Shown: positions 33,984 through 49,781, numbered from the stretch's first letter. The stretch: 57,611 bases of DNA from Actinomycetota bacterium (GCA_046712825.1 JBKKCR010000172.1:1-57611), one strand, 5' to 3'. Notes: generated by a model not told the origin, from the sequence alone. Numbers and translations: made by a program.

Positions 33984-34985
33984 ATGGTGGTGACCACGTC
34001 CCGGGCTCGGGGGCGCCTCCCACTGCCCATCGTGGCAGCTTTGGTCGTCCTCGTGCTCGCTGAGATCGCGCTCCGCGTGGCCGCCCCGAAGCTCGGGCCG
34101 CTCAACACATGGAATGACTGGGAGGCGACGAGGAAGGTCGAAGTGATGGACGCCCTCGCCGCGAAGGGGGGCGCGTCCGTCGTTTTCGTCGGCTCCTCGA
34201 TGACGAACGCCGCCCTCGATCCCCTGCTTTACTCGCAGCTGTCGGGCGCGCCGCGGCCCGCTTTCAACGCGGCGCTCAACGGCGCCGGAACCCGCCTGTT
34301 CGACCTCTGGACCCTGCGGGTAGTGGTCCCGCGACTCCGTCCGAAGGTCGTCGTCGTCGGGCTGTCGAGCCGCGAGCTCAACGATCTCGGTTCCTCCTCC
34401 GAGCACGCCTACGAGTCGGTTCGCGGCTCCCCCGGCGGACGGTCGGTAGCCACGGATCTCTCCCCGACGGAGTGGATCCTCCGCGCCGGCGACCAGTCAT
34501 ACCTCGTCCGCTATCGTCAGCGGCTCCGCTCCCCTTCGACGCTCTTCGACACGCCACCCGGAGCAGGGCGCGCATCGGTCGGGCCACTCGGACAGCTGGC
34601 CGCGCTCCGCATCTTCAACCGGCCCCAGTACCTCACCGAGGACTTCCACAAGAACGTCGTCCCCCGAACGCTCGCCCGCTACTCCGTCGGCGGCCGCGCG
34701 CTGTCCTCACTGCGTCACATGGTCGAGGAGTTGACGGCCGCCAAGATCCGCGTCGTGCTCGTCGAGATGCCGGTGACGCAGGACGCGATCGACGCCCATC
34801 CACGCGGCGCCGACGACTACCGACTGTTCGAACAGATCCTCGGCACGTTCGCGTCGCGAACACAGGTGATCGACGCCCATGCCTGGTTCGAGGGAACGGC
34901 CGAGTTCGCCGACCCGTTCCACCTCAACAGCAAAGGGCGGGCGCGATTCACGCAGCAGCTCGACGCGGAAACGGAGCCGGCGTGA
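33984..34985 (+). CDS. membrane-anchored SGNH/DltD-like acyl-transfer protein
   Basis: 333 aa with N-terminal TM helix LPLPIVAALVVLVLAEIAL, block-I-like VVFVGSSMTNAAL and a C-terminal DPFHLNSKG that resembles the DltD D-x-x-H-L-x-x-K-G ending. Directly upstream of two MBOAT genes. Confidence 0.7.
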   Translation: MVVTTSRARGRLPLPIVAALVVLVLAEIALRVAAPKLGPLNTWNDWEATRKVEVMDALAAKGGASVVFVGSSMTNAALDPLLYSQLSGAPRPAFNAALNGAGTRLFDLWTLRVVVPRLRPKVVVVGLSSRELNDLGSSSEHAYESVRGSPGGRSVATDLSPTEWILRAGDQSYLVRYRQRLRSPSTLFDTPPGAGRASVGPLGQLAALRIFNRPQYLTEDFHKNVVPRTLARYSVGGRALSSLRHMVEELTAAKIRVVLVEMPVTQDAIDAHPRGADDYRLFEQILGTFASRTQVIDAHAWFEGTAEFADPFHLNSKGRARFTQQLDAETEPA

Positions 34986-35027
34986 ACGTTGGAATGGGCG
35001 TAACCGGATGATGGCGGACTGACCGCG

Positions 35028-36536
35028 ATGGTCTTCAACTCCTACGAATTCGCGCTGTTCCTGCCGATAGTTCTCGGCCTCTACTGGATCCTGCGACACC
35101 GCCAGCAGAACCTTCTCCTCCTCGTCGCCTCGTACGTCTTCTACGGCGCGTGGGACTACCGATTCCTGGGGCTGATGGCCACCTCGACGGTCACCGACTA
35201 CGTCGTCGGCCGGATGCTGGCGGCGACGGAGGACGAACGGCGGCGCAAGCGCATCTTCTTGGTGAGCCTCGCGGTGAACCTCGGCATCCTCGGGTTCTTC
35301 AAGTACTTCAACTTCTTCGTCGACTCCGGCGCCGACCTGCTCACCGCGCTGGGGTTCGACGCGAACCCGACGACGCTCCGCATCTTGCTCCCGGTCGGGA
35401 TCTCCTTCTACACATTCCACGGGATCTCGTACACGTTCGACGTGTATCGCCGTGAGCTCGAGCCCGTCCACCATTTCCTGGATTTCGCGCTGTTCGTATC
35501 GTACTTCCCGCAGTTGGTGGCCGGCCCGATCGGCCGCGCGCAGGTGCAGCTCCCCCAGTTCGAACACCCGCGGAGCCGGCCATCATGGAACCAGATCCGG
35601 TCCGGGGTCTTCCTTATCCTCCTGGGTCTGTTCAAGAAGATCGCGATCGCCGACGCGCTCGCGTCGACGGTCAACTCGGCGTTCGCGAACGCGAGCCGGG
35701 TCAGCGCAGCGACGCTCATGCTCGGCGTGTACGGGTTCGCTCTCCAGATCTACGGCGATTTCTCCGGCTACAGCGACATCGCTCGCGGAACGTCGCGCCT
35801 TTTCGGCATCGAGCTCCTCAAGAACTTCGACCAGCCGTATCTCTCGCGAAACATCACGGAGTTCTGGCGAACGTGGCACATCTCACTTTCGACCTGGCTC
35901 CGCGACTACCTCTACGTGCCGCTCGGGGGGAACCGGAAGGGCCGCTTCGCCACCTATCGCAACCTGATGATCACGATGCTCCTCGGTGGCCTGTGGCACG
36001 GCGCTGCGTGGGGGTTCGTGGTCTGGGGCGGGCTCCACGGTCTGTACCTGTGCGTACACCGTGCGATCAGCCGAAAAGCCAAGCGCACAACGCCGATCGG
36101 CGGCTCGCTGGACGACGCTCCGATCGACACGGCAGCCGCAGACGCGAAACCGGACGAAGAGGTACGCGCGCCGCATACCGCACCCCCACCGCGGTTCCAT
36201 CTGGTCCGAGATTTCTGGCCGGCGCTTCTGACGTTCCATTTCGTGTGCTTCGCATGGATCTTCTTCCGCGCCGAATCGTTCGACCAGGCCGCGGACGTCA
36301 TCACCGGGATCCTGAGCTTCCGGCGTGGGGCGCCCGGTCTCGACGCGATGTTGCTCGTCGGGCTCGGCGGACTCGCGATTTTCCTGATCGACCTGTATCA
36401 GCGGAACGGGCGCTCCGAGACCGCCATCCTCCGCGCGCCGGCCCTCGTACGAGGAGCGTTCTACGGGCTCCTCGCCACGGCGATCATCGTGTTCAGCGGA
36501 GGCTCTCCAGTCCCGTTCATCTATTTCCAGTTCTAG
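35028..36536 (+). CDS. MBOAT-family membrane O-acyltransferase (AlgI/DltB/PatA-like), copy 1
   Basis: 502 aa polytopic protein with GISFYTFHGISY, QLVAGPI, the catalytic-His context GGLWHGAAWGF and the family-typical C-terminus PFIYFQF. Confidence 0.88.
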   Translation: MVFNSYEFALFLPIVLGLYWILRHRQQNLLLLVASYVFYGAWDYRFLGLMATSTVTDYVVGRMLAATEDERRRKRIFLVSLAVNLGILGFFKYFNFFVDSGADLLTALGFDANPTTLRILLPVGISFYTFHGISYTFDVYRRELEPVHHFLDFALFVSYFPQLVAGPIGRAQVQLPQFEHPRSRPSWNQIRSGVFLILLGLFKKIAIADALASTVNSAFANASRVSAATLMLGVYGFALQIYGDFSGYSDIARGTSRLFGIELLKNFDQPYLSRNITEFWRTWHISLSTWLRDYLYVPLGGNRKGRFATYRNLMITMLLGGLWHGAAWGFVVWGGLHGLYLCVHRAISRKAKRTTPIGGSLDDAPIDTAAADAKPDEEVRAPHTAPPPRFHLVRDFWPALLTFHFVCFAWIFFRAESFDQAADVITGILSFRRGAPGLDAMLLVGLGGLAIFLIDLYQRNGRSETAILRAPALVRGAFYGLLATAIIVFSGGSPVPFIYFQF

Positions 36537-36558
36537 GTATCCGTGCGAGCGGGACGCC

Positions 36559-36564
36559 TATAAT
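36559..36564 (+). promoter_or_regulatory. second consensus -10 hexamer (TATAAT) in the MBOAT1/MBOAT2 spacer
   Basis: Context is gacgcCTATAATCCatcgcc. It shares the 9-mer CTATAATCC with the site at 33857. No convincing -35. Confidence 0.35.
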
Positions 36565-36623
36565 CCATCGCCCCGCTGGAAGTCCCAGGCGGGACACGCT
36601 GGTTTCGGGAGCAGAGATTCGCG

Positions 36624-38168
36624 ATGATCTTCAACTCGCTCCAGTACGCCCTGTTCCTGCCGATCGTCCTCGGCATCTACTGGCTGCTGGACCGGCGGAA
36701 ACAGAACGCGCTCCTCCTGGCGGCCTCGTACTACTTCTACGCCGTGTGGGACGTCCGGTTCCTGTTCCTGATGTGGGTGTCGACGCTGACCGACTACACG
36801 ATCGGCCGGCTTCTGGATTCCACCCAGGACGAACGCCGCCGCAAACGCATCTTCTTCGTGAGCCTGGTCGTAAACCTTGGGATCCTCGGATTCTTCAAGT
36901 ACTTCAATTTCTTCATCGACTCGGCCGTGGATCTCCTCAACGCGTTCGGCCTCGAGCCCAACCGCCCGAGCCTCAACATCCTGCTGCCGGTCGGGATCTC
37001 CTTTTACACGTTCCACGGGATCTCGTACACGTTCGACGTTTACCGGCGCGAGATCGAAGCCAGCAAGGATCTCCTCGACTTTGCCTGCTTCGTCGCCTAC
37101 TTCCCGCAACTCGTCGCCGGCCCGATCGGCCGAGCCCAGATCCAGCTTCCTCAGTTCGCGAACCCGCGCCGGCGCCCGATCGTGGAAGACTTCCGTTCCG
37201 GCATCTTCTTGATACTTCTCGGCTTGTTCAAGAAGGTTGCGATCGCCGACGCGCTCGCACCCTTCGTCAATACGGCCTTCGGCAACCCGGCAGCGAACGG
37301 AGGAGCGTTCCTCGTGGTCGGCGCGTTCGCGTTCGTGCTCCAGGTTTACGGCGATTTCTCGGGCTATTCCGACATGGCCAGAGGATCGTCTCGCTTATTC
37401 GGTATCGAGCTGCTGCGTAACTTCGAGCAACCGTTCCTCTCCCGCAGCATCACGGAGCTTTGGCGCCGGTGGCACATCTCTCTCGCCACGTGGCTCCGCG
37501 ATTACCTCTATCTGCCCCTGGGCGGGAATCGCGTCAGCAGCAGGCGGTTCGCGTTCAACACGATGGTGGTGATGTTGATCGCGGGTCTGTGGCACGGAGC
37601 GGCATGGACGTTCGTGGCGTGGGGCGGCATCAACGGCGTCTTCTTGATCGTCGAGCGTTGGTTCTCGGACCGGAAGAGGCGAACCGGAAAGGTCGTCGAG
37701 AAGCGGTCGACCTCTCCGATCGGCGGGGAATTGGGCACGCTTCCCGTGGACATCAGCCACGAATCCAGCGTCGACGCCGCGGCCGTGAAACTAGCGCAGC
37801 GGAAAGAGGCGCCCCTTCCCCCTCCGTTCGTCTGGAGGAAGGACCTCCTTCCTGCGTTCTACACGGTTTGTGCCTTCACGCTGGGAGGGATCTTCTTCCG
37901 CGCCGCGTCCTTCACCGATGCCTGGAATTATCTGAAAGGGATCCTTGCCTGGCGGCCGGGACCACTCGACGGAAACGCCGTCGCCGTGCTGGTCGTCGCA
38001 GCGATCTTCTCGTTCGGCATCGACATCCTGCAGCGGAACACTCGCGACGAGACCTTCGCGATCCACTGGCCTGCTCCGGCGCGCGCACTCATGTACGGAA
38101 CGTTCGTTCTCGCCATCATGATCTACAGCGGCGGGACGCCGATCCCGTTCATCTACTTCCAGTTCTGA
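36624..38168 (+). CDS. MBOAT-family membrane O-acyltransferase, copy 2 (tandem paralogue)
   Basis: 514 aa, colinear with copy 1 through the catalytic His (AGLWHGAAWTF) and ending PFIYFQF. By eye about two-thirds of residues are identical outside one loop. Confidence 0.88.
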   Translation: MIFNSLQYALFLPIVLGIYWLLDRRKQNALLLAASYYFYAVWDVRFLFLMWVSTLTDYTIGRLLDSTQDERRRKRIFFVSLVVNLGILGFFKYFNFFIDSAVDLLNAFGLEPNRPSLNILLPVGISFYTFHGISYTFDVYRREIEASKDLLDFACFVAYFPQLVAGPIGRAQIQLPQFANPRRRPIVEDFRSGIFLILLGLFKKVAIADALAPFVNTAFGNPAANGGAFLVVGAFAFVLQVYGDFSGYSDMARGSSRLFGIELLRNFEQPFLSRSITELWRRWHISLATWLRDYLYLPLGGNRVSSRRFAFNTMVVMLIAGLWHGAAWTFVAWGGINGVFLIVERWFSDRKRRTGKVVEKRSTSPIGGELGTLPVDISHESSVDAAAVKLAQRKEAPLPPPFVWRKDLLPAFYTVCAFTLGGIFFRAASFTDAWNYLKGILAWRPGPLDGNAVAVLVVAAIFSFGIDILQRNTRDETFAIHWPAPARALMYGTFVLAIMIYSGGTPIPFIYFQF

Positions 38169-38173
38169 AAGCC

Positions 38174-38199
38174 GCGAGCCCCGGAACTCCGGGGCCCGC
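38174..38199. terminator. GC-rich hairpin between convergent MBOAT2 and rpoC
   Basis: gcgaGCCCCGGaactCCGGGGCccgc is a 7-bp perfect stem with a 4-nt loop. On the plus strand it is followed by tgctttcttttc. Confidence 0.5.
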
Positions 38200-38217
38200 G
38201 TTGTGCTTTCTTTTCGG

Positions 38218-45518
<7,301 letters not shown>

Positions 45519-45684
45519 AACGCTCCCCCTCCTCTACCGAGGACATGTTGCGTGGACTAGCGAGGACGTGCGGAAACGCGGGTCACCCCAAAGAAGACAA
45601 CGCGAAAGGGCAGGGTAGCATTTCCGCTTCCCTGCCGTCAAGCAGCGGGTCACCGAGCTCGATATGAGAACAAACCTGGGAGCG

Positions 45685-45714
45685 AGGCTACCCCCCGGCC
45701 TCTCGCATCGTCAA
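45685..45714 (-). promoter_or_regulatory. sigma-70-like promoter for rpoB-rpoC inside the rplL-rpoB spacer
   Basis: Minus strand reads TTGACG-18 nt-TAGCCT, about 165 nt upstream of the rpoB start. Confidence 0.45.
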
Positions 45715-45749
45715 GGATTAACACCGAAACTGCAGGTCAGACGTGGTGC

Positions 45750-45833
45750 GGGCCGGGCCGGTACCCCCTCCTCAACGAGGATCGGGTTTCGTCGGGGGTT
45801 CCGGCCCGGCCCTTTCCGTACCGAAAGCAGGGC
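45750..45833 (-). terminator. long GC-rich hairpin(s) immediately after rplL (attenuator/processing structure)
   Basis: gggccgggccgg (45750..45761) pairs with ccggcccggccc (45801..45812), extended by acccc c/gggggt. A second small stem gccc...gggc at 45809..45833 abuts the rplL stop. No clear U-tract. Confidence 0.4.
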
Positions 45834-46220
45834 CTACTTGACCTCGACGGTGGCGCCGGCGCCTTCTAGCTGGGCCTTGATCTTGTCCGCCTCTTCCTTT
45901 GTTACTCGCTCGCGGACGGGGGCGGGGGCAGCTTCTACCAGATCCTTCGCTTCTTTGAGGCCGAGGCTGGTGATGGCGCGGACTTCCTTGATGACGTTGA
46001 TCTTCTTCTCGCCGGCGGCGGAGAGGATCACGTCGAACTCGGTCTTCTCCTCTGCCTCTTCTGCTCCGCCACCGCCGCCGCCCGGGCCCGCCATCATGGC
46101 TACGGGGGCTGCGGCAGTCACGCCGAACTTCTCCTCGAACTTCTTGATGAATTCCGAAAGCTCGATCAGATTCCACTCGCCGATCGCGTCGAGGACCTCA
46201 TCACCGGAAAGCTTCGCCAT
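45834..46220 (-). CDS. rplL: 50S ribosomal protein L7/L12
   Basis: 128 aa with a Gly/Ala hinge and KEAKDLVE. Confidence 0.97.
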   Translation of the reverse strand: MAKLSGDEVLDAIGEWNLIELSEFIKKFEEKFGVTAAAPVAMMAGPGGGGGGAEEAEEKTEFDVILSAAGEKKINVIKEVRAITSLGLKEAKDLVEAAPAPVRERVTKEEADKIKAQLEGAGATVEVK

Positions 46221-46238
46221 CTCGTTCCCTCCTACTCG

Positions 46239-46829
46239 TTAAGCGGCGTCTGAGGCCGCGAGCTTGTCCTTGAGTTGAGCCAGAACTGCGCCGAACTGGT
46301 TGAACCCCGCCGCGAAGACGTTGGCCGCTTGCTGCAGCGGCGTTATCGCCATCGAGGCGAGTTTCGAGAGCATGACCTCACGGGACTCGAGAGCAGACAG
46401 CGCCTTTGCTCGTTCGGCGGACAGAACCTGACCCTCGAACACTCCGCCCTTGAGCACCAAGGCCGGCGCTTTCTTGGCGAAATCGGCGAGATCCTTGGCG
46501 ACCTTGGCGACGTCGCCGGTCACGTAAGCGATCGCCGTGGGGCCTTGGAGCATCGGGATGAGATCCTCGTGGCCTGCCTCGCGCGCAGCGATCGTCGCGA
46601 GCGTGTTCTTCACGACCTTGTACTCCGCCACGCCTTCGAGCGTGCGACGCAAGTCCGCGAGCTCGTGAACCGTCAACCCGCGGTACTCCGTGAGCAGGAC
46701 GGCACCGGAGGTCAAGCGGTCCTTGATCGTCGCAACCGCCGCCACCTTGTTCGATCGGGGTCCGCCTTCGGGGGGCCTCGGCCCTCCGACCTTCTTCCTT
46801 GTTTTCGGTCCTGTCTTGATCTTCGCCAC
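46239..46829 (-). CDS. rplJ: 50S ribosomal protein L10 (about 24-aa basic N-terminal extension if the ATG at 46829 is used)
   Basis: 196 aa. The L10 core starts around NKVAAVATIKDRL. Confidence 0.9.
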   Translation of the reverse strand: MAKIKTGPKTRKKVGGPRPPEGGPRSNKVAAVATIKDRLTSGAVLLTEYRGLTVHELADLRRTLEGVAEYKVVKNTLATIAAREAGHEDLIPMLQGPTAIAYVTGDVAKVAKDLADFAKKAPALVLKGGVFEGQVLSAERAKALSALESREVMLSKLASMAITPLQQAANVFAAGFNQFGAVLAQLKDKLAASDAA

Positions 46830-46953
46830 GTGCCCTCCAAATGAAGAAGCGACCGCCTGAGACAGGTCGGCCGCTCGCGCGGTGGGCCTCGGGAGGCTCC
46901 CTTGCGGGCGCTTGGGCCGCTATCGCGACACCTCCTGTCTCTGGCGAGGTCGG
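46830..46953 (-). promoter_or_regulatory. structured 5' leader of rplJ-rplL (candidate L10 autoregulatory leader)
   Basis: Lies between the predicted promoter and the rplJ ATG. An 8-bp long-range pairing joins gagacagg (46859..46866) with cctgtctc (46934..46941), enclosing GC-rich sub-hairpins. Confidence 0.4.
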
Positions 46954-46982
46954 AGCATATGGGGAGGCAACCCCACGGTCAA
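46954..46982 (-). promoter_or_regulatory. sigma-70-like promoter for rplJ-rplL
   Basis: Minus strand reads TTGACC-17 nt-TATGCT, just downstream of the rplA stop. Confidence 0.5.
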
Positions 46983-46996
46983 TCGATGCAACGGGG

Positions 46997-47701
46997 CTAG
47001 GACTCCTTGGCCTCCGCATGGCGGCCGGCGTCGACCTTCACACCCGGCCCCATCGTCGAGGAGATCGTGACTCCCTTGATGTACTTGCCTTTGGCCGCGG
47101 ATGGCTTGGCGCGGACGATCTCGTCGAGGACTGCCTGCAGATTCTCGAGCAGAGCCTTCTCGTCGAACGACGCCTTCCCGATGACGAGGTGAACGTTCGC
47201 GCCTTTGTCGACGCGGTACTCGAGCTTGCCGGCCTTGATCTCCTTCACTGCCTTGCCGACCTCGGGGGTGACGGTGCCGGCTTTCGGGTTCGGCATCAGG
47301 CCTCTCGGGCCGAGGATCCGACCGAGCTTGCCCACCATCCCCATCATGTCGGGGGTGGCGACGACGGCGTCGAAGTCGAGGAAGTTCTCGTTCTGGATGC
47401 GGTCGGCGAGGTCCTGAGCACCCACGATGTCGGCGCCGGCTTCCTTCGCCTGCTGGGCGGCTTCACCGGCCGCGAACGCGGCTACGCGGACGCTCTTCCC
47501 AGTGCCGTGCGGCAACGAGACCGTGCCTCGCACCATCTGGTCGGCCTTTCGTGGGTCGACGCCGAGGCGGATCGCCACGTCGACAGACTCGTCGAACTTA
47601 CGCTTGGCGGCGCCTTTGATGAGCGAGACGGCTTCTGCCGGCTGATAGATCTTGTCGCGCTCGATGGTCTTTGCTGCTTCGGCGTACTTCTTCCCTGCCA
47701 T
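46997..47701 (-). CDS. rplA: 50S ribosomal protein L1
   Basis: Track ORF trimmed to [19 protein letters not shown] at 47701. Confidence 0.95.
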   Translation of the reverse strand: MAGKKYAEAAKTIERDKIYQPAEAVSLIKGAAKRKFDESVDVAIRLGVDPRKADQMVRGTVSLPHGTGKSVRVAAFAAGEAAQQAKEAGADIVGAQDLADRIQNENFLDFDAVVATPDMMGMVGKLGRILGPRGLMPNPKAGTVTPEVGKAVKEIKAGKLEYRVDKGANVHLVIGKASFDEKALLENLQAVLDEIVRAKPSAAKGKYIKGVTISSTMGPGVKVDAGRHAEAKES

Positions 47702-47761
47702 GACTGCCTCCTGTGGTCTGCGGCGGGCGCGCCCGCCTCCCACGCGGTCGAGGATCTTTAG

Positions 47762-48196
47762 TTACTCGACGACGGTTACGCCCATGCTGCGAGCGGTTCC
47801 GGCGATGATCTTCATCGCGGCGTCGATGTCGTTGGCGTTCAAGTCCGGCATCTTCAGCTCGGCGATCTCTTTCACCTGAGCCTTGCGGATCGTCCCGACC
47901 TTGTTGCGGTTCGGCTCCCCCGAGCCCTTCTCGATCCCTGCCTTCTGGCGGATGAGAACGGCGGCCGGCGGCGTCTTGGTGACGAGAGAGAACGAGCGAT
48001 CCTCATAGATCGTGACTTCGACCGGGATGATCTGGCCCGGCTGGCTCTGCGTCATCGCGTTGTACTGCTTGCAGAACTCCATGATGTTGACACCGTGTGG
48101 TCCGAGAGCCGTGCCGACCGGCGGAGCCGGAGTCGCTTGCCCGGCCGGGATCTGAAGCTTCACGACCGTCATGATCTTCTTCTTCTTGGGAGGCAT
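47762..48196 (-). CDS. rplK: 50S ribosomal protein L11
   Basis: 144 aa containing [20 protein letters not shown]. Confidence 0.97.
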   Translation of the reverse strand: MPPKKKKIMTVVKLQIPAGQATPAPPVGTALGPHGVNIMEFCKQYNAMTQSQPGQIIPVEVTIYEDRSFSLVTKTPPAAVLIRQKAGIEKGSGEPNRNKVGTIRKAQVKEIAELKMPDLNANDIDAAMKIIAGTARSMGVTVVE

Positions 48197-48212
48197 TCTT
48201 CTCGCTCCTCGA

Positions 48213-49373
48213 CTACACCTTGGCGACCTGGTCGAAGCCGAGCTCGACCGGCGTCTCGCGCCCGAAGATGTTCACGAGCACTTTGAGCTTCGAGCGGTCG
48301 GTATCGATCTCGGAGATCAGGCCTTGGAAGTTGGCGAACGGTCCCGTCGTGACGCGGACCGGATCGTTGAGCGACCACTCGAGCTTCGGCTTCGGGCGCT
48401 CACCCACCGCCTTGCGCTGCAGGATCCGGTCGACCTCTCGCTCAGAGAGCGGGATCGGCTTCGTGCCGGAGCCGACGAACCCCGTGACGCCCGGCGTGTT
48501 CCGGACCACGTACCAGGAGTCGTCGTCGAGATCCATGCGCACCAGCAGGTAGCCGGGGAACACCTTGCGCTGAACGACCTGCTTCTTGCCGCTCTTGATC
48601 TCCATCACGTCTTCCATGGGGATCGTGACCTCGAAGATCTTCTCCTCCATGTTCATGGAAGTGATGCGGCTCTGGAGATTTGCCTTCACCTTGTTCTCGT
48701 AACCCGCGTACGTGTGCACCACGAACCAGTCGCCGGGCTGGAAGATCCGCGCAACGGCGGCGGACTCCTCCCCTTCCTCCCCTTCTCCATCGGCCGAGCC
48801 CTCTTCGCTCGGCTCGGGCTCGGCGAGCGCGACCGAGACCTCGATGTCGGCGTCGGTGGCGGCGCGCTGCGCGACCTCGGCGGAAGCGCGAGCGGTCGCG
48901 GTGGCGGCTTCGATCATTTGCTGGATGTCGGCCGCGATGCTTGAGGCGTCCTCCGCGGCGGGCTCATCGAAGTCTTCCGGCGCCGGCTGTTCGGGCGCAA
49001 TCGCTTCCGGCGCAGCCGGCGCGGGGGCTTCGGTTGCGGCCGCCGCGACGACCTCGGGCTCGCCGAGTGTTTGAACCTCGGCCGGCTCGGGTTCGGGCTG
49101 AGGCTCCGCCTCGGCTTGCGGCTCGGGCTCGGCCGGGACCTCTTGGACGGCTGGGGGTTCGGGAGCGGGAGGCACTGCAGCTTCAGAGGGCTCATCACCG
49201 ACTGTCGGCACGACCGGTGTGGACTCGTCGGCCACAGGCTCGTCCTTCGGTTCCTCGGCGGGCTCGACGGCTTCGTGGCCGTTCGGCTCGACGGAGACGT
49301 CCTCCATCGAATTGGAGGGCTCATCCCCGTTCAGGGCGGGCTCGATCGCTGGGTTCTCGTTCTCTGGGTTCAT
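48213..49373 (-). CDS. nusG: transcription termination/antitermination factor NusG with ~210-aa acidic Pro/Glu/Ala-rich N-terminal extension
   Basis: The NGN core starts at [15 protein letters not shown], with a KOW region near the C-terminus. The ATG at 49373 lies 10 nt after the secE stop, and nothing else fills the ~630 nt. Confidence 0.88.
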   Translation of the reverse strand: MNPENENPAIEPALNGDEPSNSMEDVSVEPNGHEAVEPAEEPKDEPVADESTPVVPTVGDEPSEAAVPPAPEPPAVQEVPAEPEPQAEAEPQPEPEPAEVQTLGEPEVVAAAATEAPAPAAPEAIAPEQPAPEDFDEPAAEDASSIAADIQQMIEAATATARASAEVAQRAATDADIEVSVALAEPEPSEEGSADGEGEEGEESAAVARIFQPGDWFVVHTYAGYENKVKANLQSRITSMNMEEKIFEVTIPMEDVMEIKSGKKQVVQRKVFPGYLLVRMDLDDDSWYVVRNTPGVTGFVGSGTKPIPLSEREVDRILQRKAVGERPKPKLEWSLNDPVRVTTGPFANFQGLISEIDTDRSKLKVLVNIFGRETPVELGFDQVAKV

Positions 49374-49383
49374 CGCGAATTCG

Positions 49384-49686
49384 CTAGCGTGCGAAGACCT
49401 TCAGCACCGCGCGCGCGAAGCCGTAGTCGAGTCCGAACACATAGAACGTCACGAACGTCACCGTGACGAGGACGACGACCGTATACGTGATGACCTCGCC
49501 TCTCGTTGGCCACGCGACCTTCTTCAGCTCGTTCCGTACCTCGCGCAGGAACTGGCGCGGGGGCGTCCGCTTCCTCTTCTCTATGCCCCCGGCGCTCGGC
49601 GAACGCGGAGTCGGGGCAAGCCCCTTCTGGCCGCGGTTTTCCGCAGCCTGCTGCCTAGCAAGGAGGCGCTTGGTCTGACGATTCAT
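49384..49686 (-). CDS. secE: preprotein translocase subunit SecE
   Basis: 100 aa with a basic N-terminus, then FLREVRNELKKVAWPTRGEV and a single TM helix. Confidence 0.9.
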   Translation of the reverse strand: MNRQTKRLLARQQAAENRGQKGLAPTPRSPSAGGIEKRKRTPPRQFLREVRNELKKVAWPTRGEVITYTVVVLVTVTFVTFYVFGLDYGFARAVLKVFAR

Positions 49687-49704
49687 GCCCTGGATCCTCT
49701 AGCT

Positions 49705-49781
49705 TGGCAGGGCCGGAGGGACTCGAACCCCCAACCCCCGGTTTTGGAGACCGGTGCTCTACCGGATTGAGCTACGGCCCT
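49705..49781 (-). tRNA. tRNA-Trp (anticodon CCA), CCA end encoded
   Basis: Hand-folded: acceptor AGGGCCG/CGGCCCT, D-arm GCTC..GAGC, anticodon loop CTCCAAA, T-arm GGGGGTTCGAGTCCCTC. In the classical position upstream of secE-nusG. Confidence 0.9.

Noticed and set aside
33922-33993. A 23-codon upstream ORF (MVFISSIVRRSRCPIPRPEGGWW) ending in TGA that overlaps the ATG of the SGNH gene. Its first residues echo the MVFNS start of MBOAT1.
   Set aside because: It has no convincing Shine-Dalgarno sequence and is very short. The similarity covers only 3-4 residues. It cannot be distinguished from chance without ribosome profiling or conservation data.
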